IMG/VR virus record: IMGVR_UViG_3300033149_003715
Span: 1-64,000 of that record
Source of the DNA: a virus
DNA length: 64,000 nt
Direction: 5' to 3' (one strand)
The translations under genes and the position numbers were made by a program. Positions 28,289 through 37,400 of this stretch are shown piece after piece. The notes below the pieces were generated by a model. The model saw nothing but the letters and a program-made list of their open reading frames with translations, searched no databases and was not told where the DNA came from. Every line of letters starts with the position of its first letter. Position 1 is the stretch's first letter.

Positions 28289-28840
28289 ATGTCTAATCCA
28301 TTTAGTGGTATTATTACTTCTGAGTTTAAAACACTATATACCAATGCAATTGATGCATTGTTAGAAGATGATGCATGTATGGTGCAATGTACTTTAGTGT
28401 ATGAGGGCAGTAAATTTACAGATTGTCCAAATTGTATTTTTGATCCAGTAACAGGGAAATCTTCTAATATTTATGTGTCGGGCGGGCCGCTTGAATTTCA
28501 TACTGGTATATGTCCTTATTGTGGTGGTATGGGACGCATAGAAGATAAACAAACAGAAAGTATTTATTTATTACCCTTATGGAATTATCGTGATTGGATA
28601 GGTTGGGCTGGAACCGCAGAAGGAAGTAGGGCCGCTGATGGTATGATTCAAACTATAAGTAAAATGTCTACAATTACCAGCATTAAAAGAGCAAAAGAAG
28701 TAATCATTAATACGGCATTAACTCAATATACTAATCATACTTTTACGCGGGCTAGTGAACCGAATCCATGTGGTTTAGGTAATGATGCATATATATTTAC
28801 TATGTGGAAACGTGCTGGTAAATCTGTTACAAGCAGTTAG
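28289..28840 (+). CDS. Putative head closure protein with Zn-ribbon
   Basis: CPNC...CPYCGG.G; neck-module position. Confidence 0.55.
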   Translation: MSNPFSGIITSEFKTLYTNAIDALLEDDACMVQCTLVYEGSKFTDCPNCIFDPVTGKSSNIYVSGGPLEFHTGICPYCGGMGRIEDKQTESIYLLPLWNYRDWIGWAGTAEGSRAADGMIQTISKMSTITSIKRAKEVIINTALTQYTNHTFTRASEPNPCGLGNDAYIFTMWKRAGKSVTSS

Positions 28841-28845
28841 TTGCA

Positions 28846-29511
28846 ATGAATCAAAGTGATATTTTTATATTAGTTGATTTTAAGGGCTTTGATAAAAAAA
28901 TTGCACGTGCCTTGTTAAAACCATTAGGTCGGTTTATTGATCGTTTATCCAAAACTGCAACTACTACTATGCGTGATAAATTTACTTCTAGAATGTTAGG
29001 ACATACTGTGGTGCAAAATGTGTTACATGGTATGTTAAGGGGTGAATTGGGCGTGGTAAATGCGAGTGAAAAAATAGATACAATTTTGCGAGCATGGATT
29101 GATGGTTTTCGTATTGAGAAAAAAGAACCAAAACTTTTTGGTGATAGGATTGCGTGTGGGCTTTCCGTTCAAATGGTGAGAAGTGATTGGTCAGAAGTAA
29201 AAAATTTATCTGCTTCCATACAAATTAGTAATACACGACAACCAGATGGTAGTTTTAAACGTAGAGAATTACATTGGTTAGAATGGTTATTAGAATATGG
29301 TAGTAGTATTATCGTAAGAGATTATGATTTTACTGCTAAAATTACTCGTGGTAGTCGTACCGGGTTAGGCATTATGATTAAGGGCACTGGATGGAGTGTT
29401 CCAGAACCTTTTACTGGTACTAATAAAAACAATTTTGTAATAGATGTATTGAATGATGTGTCACAAGATATTATCAAAGTACTTCAATCTGAAGCAAATA
29501 AGGGTTTTTGA
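28846..29511 (+). CDS. Putative neck/tail completion protein
   Basis: WLEWLLEYG motif, basic, position between closure and terminator proteins. Confidence 0.5.
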   Translation: MNQSDIFILVDFKGFDKKIARALLKPLGRFIDRLSKTATTTMRDKFTSRMLGHTVVQNVLHGMLRGELGVVNASEKIDTILRAWIDGFRIEKKEPKLFGDRIACGLSVQMVRSDWSEVKNLSASIQISNTRQPDGSFKRRELHWLEWLLEYGSSIIVRDYDFTAKITRGSRTGLGIMIKGTGWSVPEPFTGTNKNNFVIDVLNDVSQDIIKVLQSEANKGF

Positions 29512-30482
29512 TGTCAGAAGTTAGTCATACGGTTTTTAAAGGTATAACCAATATTAGTCAAGTTCAACTCTTAACTGAATTAGAATATAATTTAAAATAT
29601 TGGTTAGATTGGGCTTTTTTGAAAATAGGTGGTTGGACTGATGTTGATATACCACAGGTTGATGTATTTAGTGGCAATTTTCATGTGTTAAGATATATGC
29701 ACGATAATTCATACACAAACGGTCAAGTATGGCAAGCTGTTAGAAAAGATTGGGTGTGGGAACAAAACGTGAATTTCGACGATAATGGGACTACTCGTAA
29801 TCCAATTGATATTACTTCGGTTTTAGTGGATAACGTATCTGTAACGTCCGGTTATATTATTGATTATCCAAATGGGCGGCTGATTTTTGATAATGCTATT
29901 TCTACCTCTGCAACAGTTCATTTATCTTATAGTTTTCGTACTGTACAAACTTATGTTGCTGATACTGCTACTTGGTGGCGTGAAGTGCAATATAGTACAT
30001 TAAGGGCAGATGATATACAATTTACGCAAGATGATCAAACAGGTGATTGGTCAATTGGTAACCATCATAGAATACAATTGCCTGTAGTTATTGTGGAAGC
30101 CGTTCCACGAGGAATATCTGAAGGATATGAACTGGGTAACGGGGCTTTACGTGTATTACAAGATGTGCTATTTCACGTTATCGCTGATACTAGACATATG
30201 CGTAATAAGATTATGAGTATTTTGCAATTACAAAACGATAGAGCTATTTGGCTATTTGATAGTGATGCTGTAGCTGCTGCACAAGCTTTTCCGTTAGATT
30301 ATCGTGGTGTGCGTGTTAATAATAACACATACCCTGATTTAGTAAATGAGGCCAACGGTTATAGATGGAAAAAATGTTGGTTTAAAAATTCTACTGCTTC
30401 TGATATCGAAACATTAAATCCGAGACTTCATGCTGGCGTTGTAAGAACTACATGCGAACTTATTTATGGTGATATTGGGTAA
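29511..30482 (+). CDS. Putative tail terminator/completion protein
   Basis: IQLPVVIVE...Y.LG...DVLFHV.A......R pattern; precedes tail tube. Confidence 0.55.
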   Translation: MSEVSHTVFKGITNISQVQLLTELEYNLKYWLDWAFLKIGGWTDVDIPQVDVFSGNFHVLRYMHDNSYTNGQVWQAVRKDWVWEQNVNFDDNGTTRNPIDITSVLVDNVSVTSGYIIDYPNGRLIFDNAISTSATVHLSYSFRTVQTYVADTATWWREVQYSTLRADDIQFTQDDQTGDWSIGNHHRIQLPVVIVEAVPRGISEGYELGNGALRVLQDVLFHVIADTRHMRNKIMSILQLQNDRAIWLFDSDAVAAAQAFPLDYRGVRVNNNTYPDLVNEANGYRWKKCWFKNSTASDIETLNPRLHAGVVRTTCELIYGDIG

Positions 30483-30584
30483 ACTGTTTCATTGGAATTT
30501 TTATAAATGTATAATGTTGGTGTTATGTATTAAAATAAGCTGGCAGGTGAATAAGCTGTAAAAAGTTGTTAGAAAATATATTTT

Positions 30585-30602
30585 TGTGTATTTATTATAT
30601 AG
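30585..30602 (+). promoter_or_regulatory. Putative late promoter TGTGTATTTATTATATAG upstream of tail tube
   Basis: Recurring motif; AGGAG RBS follows. Confidence 0.55.
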
Positions 30603-30628
30603 ATGATAAAATTTTATAGGAGAAAATA

Positions 30629-31798
30629 ATGGCTGCAAATAATAGAATTCATTATGCAATTCAACAGGTAGGATTTAAAAAAGACTCATCTCCCGGTGAT
30701 TCCTACACTGCTGCTCATGGTGTACAAAGTGCGAGCGTGGGCACAAATTTTAACGTTCGTCAGGTATTTGAGCTGGGACAATTATCTATTTATGACCATA
30801 TTGAAGAAATTCCAGATATTGAGATTACCTTAAATAAGGTTCTAGATGCATATCCGTTGTTATTTCACTTAGCCACAATGGATAGTACGACTTCAGATCC
30901 AACTCTATCCGGCAGATCAAATACTAGAACATTTGTTGCTTTATCTATTTTTAGTGATACTTTATCATATGCTACTGGAACTGCTGATTCAATTGTGCAA
31001 AATTCTGGTATGTATGTATCTTCAGTAGGATATAATTTTCCGTTAGAAGACAATTTTAATGAAGATTTGACATTGGTTGGGAATGATAAAATTTGGTTGG
31101 CAGATCCTAAAATTGTAAACCCGGCCGCAAGTGGTATTGCTGCTTCATTGTCATTTGATGGTGCATTTGATGGCGATGATAGCCCACAAACTACGGAAGG
31201 TGTTAATAGGCGTCAACATTTAGATTTTTCTTATACAAGTGCTAATGGTTTAGATGTTAACGGAATGGTAAAAGATCCTGATGCAACCATTTTACCACCA
31301 GAAGTATTTGGTATTTCTGATTCAGGTACTAATGAATTACAGAATAATGTTTATGCTGCACATATATCAAATATTACAGTTTCAGCAGATTTTGGACGCG
31401 AATCTATATTTGAATTGGGACAAAAAGCACCATATCATCGTAATGTAGCGTTTCCAGTTGAAGTTACATGTGAAATTGAAGTAACGTCAACTAGTGGTGA
31501 TATGGTTTCTGCTACTGAAGCGGGAATTTATACTGTTGGTTCTACTACATGCGAAGATTTAGGTAACTTAAAAGACCGTACAATTCGTATTGCTACATGT
31601 GAAGGTACACGTATTTATCTTGGTACCAAAAACAAATTGTCATCAGTTAATTATGGCGGTGGAGATGCTGGTGGTGGTAATGTAGCTGTATCATACACTT
31701 TTACAACTTTTAATGATTTAACTATTTTACATAGTGGAGATCCTCATGCATCTGGAAATACATGGTGGTCAAATAGAATTCAATGGTTGACTGATTAA
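30629..31798 (+). CDS. Major tail tube protein
   Basis: Internally duplicated GVQS...FELGQ / ISNI...IFELGQ halves, strong RBS, upstream of chaperones and TMP. Confidence 0.7.
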   Translation: MAANNRIHYAIQQVGFKKDSSPGDSYTAAHGVQSASVGTNFNVRQVFELGQLSIYDHIEEIPDIEITLNKVLDAYPLLFHLATMDSTTSDPTLSGRSNTRTFVALSIFSDTLSYATGTADSIVQNSGMYVSSVGYNFPLEDNFNEDLTLVGNDKIWLADPKIVNPAASGIAASLSFDGAFDGDDSPQTTEGVNRRQHLDFSYTSANGLDVNGMVKDPDATILPPEVFGISDSGTNELQNNVYAAHISNITVSADFGRESIFELGQKAPYHRNVAFPVEVTCEIEVTSTSGDMVSATEAGIYTVGSTTCEDLGNLKDRTIRIATCEGTRIYLGTKNKLSSVNYGGGDAGGGNVAVSYTFTTFNDLTILHSGDPHASGNTWWSNRIQWLTD

Positions 31799-31805
31799 AA
31801 AATAT

Positions 31806-31870
31806 AGGTCAGTATGTGCGATAGTCTGAAACATTGATATCCCTTGACAGGCAAGCACCTGACCTTTTTA
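31806..31870 (+). terminator. Long interrupted stem-loop plus T-run after tail tube gene (terminator or structured RNA)
   Basis: AGGTCAG/CTGACCT, GTGC/GCAC and GTCTG/CAGGC nested stems followed by TTTTT. Confidence 0.55.
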
Positions 31871-31901
31871 TATATTATTTTAGGACATAGAGAGGATTAA
31901 T

Positions 31902-32093
31902 ATGGGACAAAACTACAATATTGATGAATTATTGTATATTATTGGCAAACTATTTGTTAATCTTCAGCAGTATGAAAAAGTAATTAAACAGTACCAGGAA
32001 TCTTTGAAGATTAAGCAAGAGGAACTTGATACATTACGCAAAAAATCTGCACAGGCTGTGCTTAAGGATGTGGGGAATGTATCTGGATCATGA
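31902..32093 (+). CDS. Small coiled-coil protein
   Basis: GAGG RBS, 63 aa. Confidence 0.6.
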   Translation: MGQNYNIDELLYIIGKLFVNLQQYEKVIKQYQESLKIKQEELDTLRKKSAQAVLKDVGNVSGS

Positions 32094-33136
32094 CTGCAAC
32101 CGAGATAGATCAATTAATCTGGAGAATTGCACACGGCAAATTTAAATGTATAGTTGATGGTCGTGTGGTTTATATTGTGCAGCCAACTCTAGATATTAAA
32201 CAGCAGGCACAACAATTTTACGATAATATCATTGAAAAACACAAATTTAATTCTTGGATTTCGCCGCATACTTGCAAAGAAAAATTAATTCAACTTGGAT
32301 TATATAATAAATGTGACGATGAAAGCCTAAATCGTTATTATGATCAATTAGCCAATCTTAAAGTTAGATTATTTCATGCTCTATATAATTATGGTATGCA
32401 GAATAGGATCAGGCAGGAAATTAAGCGATTATATGCATCAATAGATCAAATATATCAAACCCGCCATATGTTGGATTATGTAACGTTAGAAGGTTACGCT
32501 AATATTCTAACTCAGCAGTTCATATTAACTAAAACCACCTATGATGAGTGTGGTAATTTATTTTTTGGTTCTGATGTTCCATTTCCATTATTGGAATATT
32601 TATTTAAACAAAAAGTTCAAAAACAAATTTCTATTGCTCAATATCGGCAGTTAGCACGATGTGATCAGTGGAGATTATATTGGAATATTGGTAAACCTAA
32701 TCCATTTAATAGACGCTTGATTAACTTGACTGACGAGCAACAACAACTGATATTATATTCAAGAATGTATGATCAGGCTTATGAGAATCCGGATTGTCCA
32801 CCTCGTACTGTTATAGAAGATGATGATATGTTTGATGGATGGTTAATTGATTGTCAGAGAAAACTTGAAACAGAAAGGAAACAACAACAAGTAAAAAAAC
32901 ATATTAATCCAAAACATGAAAATGCTCAAGAAATATTTTTGATGGCTAATTCTAAAAAAGATGTTGAAGAAATTAATAGTTTAAACGATATGAGTAGCAG
33001 AATGATTAAACACCAAAGACAACAAATAATTAAGCAAAAGGGTAAAGTAAAAGATTCAGATTTACCAGATCGTAAATTAGAAATTATCGAGCGTTCGAGA
33101 CAACAATTTTTGGATCATGTTAGATCTAACGTATAG
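32090..33136 (+). CDS. Putative tail assembly chaperone
   Basis: Helical; YENPDCP...IEDDDMFDGWLI; lies between tube and TMP. Confidence 0.5.
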   Translation: MTATEIDQLIWRIAHGKFKCIVDGRVVYIVQPTLDIKQQAQQFYDNIIEKHKFNSWISPHTCKEKLIQLGLYNKCDDESLNRYYDQLANLKVRLFHALYNYGMQNRIRQEIKRLYASIDQIYQTRHMLDYVTLEGYANILTQQFILTKTTYDECGNLFFGSDVPFPLLEYLFKQKVQKQISIAQYRQLARCDQWRLYWNIGKPNPFNRRLINLTDEQQQLILYSRMYDQAYENPDCPPRTVIEDDDMFDGWLIDCQRKLETERKQQQVKKHINPKHENAQEIFLMANSKKDVEEINSLNDMSSRMIKHQRQQIIKQKGKVKDSDLPDRKLEIIERSRQQFLDHVRSNV

Positions 33137-33153
33137 GGTAGAGAGGATACATT

Positions 33154-33516
33154 ATGGATTATGATTATTATTATATGAAACAAACTGTTGATGATATGAA
33201 GAAAGCCAAAAGGGAACAATATCGTCAGAACTCGAAAAAGCGATTGATAGATAAAGTTAAGAAAAAGTTTCAAACTACTATGATTGGAGCATTAGATAAA
33301 TTTGAACGTAGGTTTGGCCATTTATGGGGAATTGGTAAAGATGTAAAAGATTTAACCCAAGATGAAATAAAATTTTTTGAACAATGGCAAATGGTTAGAA
33401 CCGATATTCTAAATTTAGGAAATGCACAACAACGAGCATGTCTTGATGAAATTGCTCAATATACAATATCGTGGGATAAAATTCGTACTAAGTTTGTTGT
33501 TAGTAAAGTTAAATAG
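33154..33516 (+). CDS. Hypothetical protein (tail assembly region)
   Basis: GAGG RBS, 120 aa. Confidence 0.6.
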   Translation: MDYDYYYMKQTVDDMKKAKREQYRQNSKKRLIDKVKKKFQTTMIGALDKFERRFGHLWGIGKDVKDLTQDEIKFFEQWQMVRTDILNLGNAQQRACLDEIAQYTISWDKIRTKFVVSKVK

Positions 33517-33525
33517 GAGGAAATT

Positions 33526-34371
33526 ATGAGCAGGGTTTATGTAGATTTTGAGCTTAATGTTGATGGTAAACAAAAGTTTTTTAGGATTTATGAGCCAACT
33601 TTTAAAGATCAACAAGAAGCAAATAATGTTAGGAATAAGGTTTTTAATGAAGCATTGAGTAATGGTGCATTATTAAGGATACAATTAGATGACATTATAA
33701 AAAAGCAGAAAATTTTGGATGAGGAAAAAGAGAAAGAATATAATCAATTACGTATACGTTTGAATGAAGGTGAAAAGAAACTATCTGAAGGTGGTATTAA
33801 TATTAATGAAGCCAAAGATATAGCATTAGATATGCAAGAAGTACGACAAAAAATGAAAGAAATTTTATCTGCACGTGCTCAACTAGAAAATTATACCGCT
33901 GAAGGACAAGCAGATAATATGGCATTTAATTATTTGGTTTCTGTATGTCTAAAAGAACGTCTTGGTGATACTAAAGATGCTAAAGAAGTACCTTATTTCA
34001 AAAATTTGGATGCGTATTTAAGTGATAATAACTCAGAAGTAGCATATACTGCGGCATCTAAATTAGCCAGTATTTTATACAGGTTAAATGATGAAACAGA
34101 CAAAAACCTACCCGAAAACAAGTTTCTGCAAGATTACGGTTTTGTAGATGATAAATTACGACTGGTTAATCAAGATGGTAAATTAATCAACAGAGATGGT
34201 AAATTAATTGATGAGTATGGAAGGCTAATTAACGAAAATGGCGAATTAATTGATGATAATGGTAATGTTATTACTGATGATGGTACATATAAAGTAGAGT
34301 TTAAAGGTTTTACTAATGATAGTGGTGAGGTTGTAAAACCAGCTAAGGAAATGACAACAAATAGTGAATAA
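33526..34371 (+). CDS. Putative tail assembly chaperone with 7-aa repeats
   Basis: AGGAGG RBS; L(I/V)(N/D)xxG(K/R) repeats; immediately before TMP. Confidence 0.55.
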   Translation: MSRVYVDFELNVDGKQKFFRIYEPTFKDQQEANNVRNKVFNEALSNGALLRIQLDDIIKKQKILDEEKEKEYNQLRIRLNEGEKKLSEGGININEAKDIALDMQEVRQKMKEILSARAQLENYTAEGQADNMAFNYLVSVCLKERLGDTKDAKEVPYFKNLDAYLSDNNSEVAYTAASKLASILYRLNDETDKNLPENKFLQDYGFVDDKLRLVNQDGKLINRDGKLIDEYGRLINENGELIDDNGNVITDDGTYKVEFKGFTNDSGEVVKPAKEMTTNSE

Positions 34372-34402
34372 CTAATATCACTCTCTTAATAATGAGATAG
34401 TT

Positions 34403-37400
34403 ATGGCTGATTTTCAATTAACTGGTAAGCTGATTATAGGTGGTGTAGATACCAAGTTAGCTCGTGCCCAAATAGCTCGTGATTTTGCTGGTATAAAAGT
34501 ACCTAGTGATGTATTGAATACTTATCAAAAACTTAATACTAATATAGGTGCTCTTAATGATACTCTTACGAAATCCAAAGCACCATTGCGTAATGTAAAA
34601 AAGGGAGTTCAAGAAGTTAGAGATGAAATTGCAGAATTTGGTCGTGTATCTGGTTTAGCTATTCGTAGGTATACCGGATTTGTGGTAGCTACCGCAGCTA
34701 CGTTTGGATTATTCAGAAAAATTACTGGTGCTATTGGTAATGCAATTGAATTTCAAAAAGAAATGACTAAAGTTGCTCAGATAACAGGAAAGTCTACTCG
34801 TTCACTAGTTGGTTTGACAAATGAGATTGGTCGTTTGAGCACTACTTTTGGGGTTTCATCTCAAGAGTTAGTTGGTGTAGCAAAGTTATTAACTCAAACT
34901 GGATTAAGTGCTAGTAAAACACAAGTAGCATTACAGGCATTAAGTAAGGCCGCATTGTTACCAACATTCAGTGATCTTACACAAGCTACTGAAGGTGCTA
35001 TTGCTATTTTGAGTCAATTTAGGGATGAGGCAAGGGGTACTAGTCTTGATGCTAAAAATTTGGAAGAAGTATTTGGAGCTATGAACGCTATTGCTGGTAG
35101 ATTTGCAGTTGAAATGGGAGATTTAATTACTGTTATTCGTAAAACCGGTGGAATATTTACGGCAGCATCTCAAGGTATTGGAACACCAAGAGAACAACTT
35201 GAACAATTGTTGGCCTTATTTACTGCTGTGCGATCTACTACACGAGAAAGTGCTGAAACAATTGCCGTTGGATTGCGTACTATTTTTGCAAGATTACAGC
35301 GTTCACGTACTGTTGATGTATTAGTAGAAATGGGTGTAAAGTTGCGTGATGCTGAAGATAATTTTGTTGGTGTATATGAAGCTTTACGCAGAATTAGTCA
35401 AAAATTAGGAACTTTAGACCCACGATCCAGACAATTCTTTGAAATTATTCAACAGTTGGGTGGTGTTCGGCAAATTGGCAAAGTAATTCCGTTGATTCAA
35501 CAATTTGAAAAAGCCGAAAAAGCTTTAATTGTTGCTCAAAAAGGAAGATTGTCAGTCAATGATGATATTGTTAAAGCACAACAAACATTAGCTAATCAAA
35601 TTGCCAGAACACGTGAAGAATTTGAAAAACTTATACGTGAAATTTCTGAAACGCAAACATTTAAGACTTTAATAGAATTAGTATTATTAACTACACGAAC
35701 ATTTATTAATTTGGGTCGCACAATTAGAGAAGCTTTACCATTTTTAACTGTATTGGGTATAGTTAGAGGAATTCCGTTAGCGAAAAGATTTTTAAATGTT
35801 CAGAGAGGATTTTTTGGTGGGATGCGTGGACATCTTGGTCAAGCAACTGGTGGATTAATCCCTGGTAGTGGTAACAAGGATTCTATTCCTGCTTTATTAA
35901 CTCCTGGTGAGTTTGTTATTAATAAAAAGTCTGTCAGTAAAATTGGTCTAACAAATCTTAAAATGTTAAATCAGTTTGGAAAAGGTGGTCTTGTACATTT
36001 TGCTGATGGTGGATCTTTAGAAAAAAAATTAAGAGATATTCATGGTCGTACACTAGAAAATATTACTGCTAGATCTGTAGCACGATCTATGGTTAAAGGT
36101 AGTGGTCTTAAAAGTCTTGTTCGTGTGCAACAACTTGAACAAAAATTGATTGAAGAAGATCCAATTAAAAGATTAACAAATCTTGCTCGTCGTTCTACAG
36201 AAGCTGCAAAATCTAAAGTAGTTGCTAGAACTGGTATAGGCAAAAAACGTGTACCATTTGAAAGTATTTCTCCTTCTACGCTCTATGGTCTTATTAGTAG
36301 TGATATAAAACCAAAACAAAGCATAAAACCCTTACCAACGTTGCCTGTATTTCCGCAAGAAAAACAATTTGAATATATATATAGCACAGCACGCAAAGAA
36401 TTACAAATATTTACTAAAGACACACGAGCTACTACGGTAGCTATGAAAAGATTTTGGAAAAAAATAGAAAGTGGTGTTTCAACAACGGGAGCTTATACAG
36501 AAGCTTTGCGAACAGCCGAAACATTTCAAAGAAAGGCCGGAAGACGTGGTGGTATAGGGGGTGGTGGAGGTTTATTACGCGGTGTAGGTAGGGGTATAAA
36601 TAGGCTTCGTAATATAAATCCTGTAGCCGGTTTACTTGCGGTTCCATTTTTACAAGCTGGTATAACGCAAATTGCTGGAGAACGTGCTGGACAAGTAACT
36701 GGTGGTGTAATTGGTGGTGCCGCAACAGGTTTTGCGTTGGGAGGTGGTCCAATTGGTGCAGCTATTGGTGGTGTATTAGGATTATTTTCCTCGTTAAGTG
36801 ATAATACTCAGGATTTAATCAATATACAAAATGAACTAATACGTTCAACTACTAAAATAGATGATGCTTTTACGAAGTTTACACAAAAAAATGATATTAG
36901 AGTGTTTGGAAGTACTGATATTGCTAAGGGTGGTAAATTAAGATTCCAAGCCTTAGCGGCAGAAGAATCTAGTTTACTATTTGGTACACCTAAATCTGTT
37001 AGCGATGTTGCATTTGAACGTTCTACTGGTGGTATTTTTGGAAAAACGGGTTTTCTTTCTCTTAGTATAGCAGGTCTCGCAGAAGAAATGGTCACTGGTA
37101 GTTCTAAAATTTTGGAAAATCAACAAAAGGAAATTGGGAAAGAACAAGAAAGAATTGTAAATGAATTACGTACTCCTGAAGTTATACAAACCGGAGAAAA
37201 AGCGTTAGGGGCATTAGAACAATTTTTACAAAAAAGCGGAGATTTAGAAAGTTTTATAAAATTAAGGGGTCGTCAAAGGCTTGGTGCAAGGAATTTGGCA
37301 ACACAAATTGTTGGTGCTTTTGGAACTGTAAAACAACGTAAAACATTAATTGATTTACAAGCACAAGGTAAGGTTCAATTAGCTGGTGAAAAGGCATTAG

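Noticed and set aside
30534-30558. AATAAGCTG direct repeat before the tail tube promoter
   Set aside because: Only two 9-bp copies in AT-rich DNA; could be chance.
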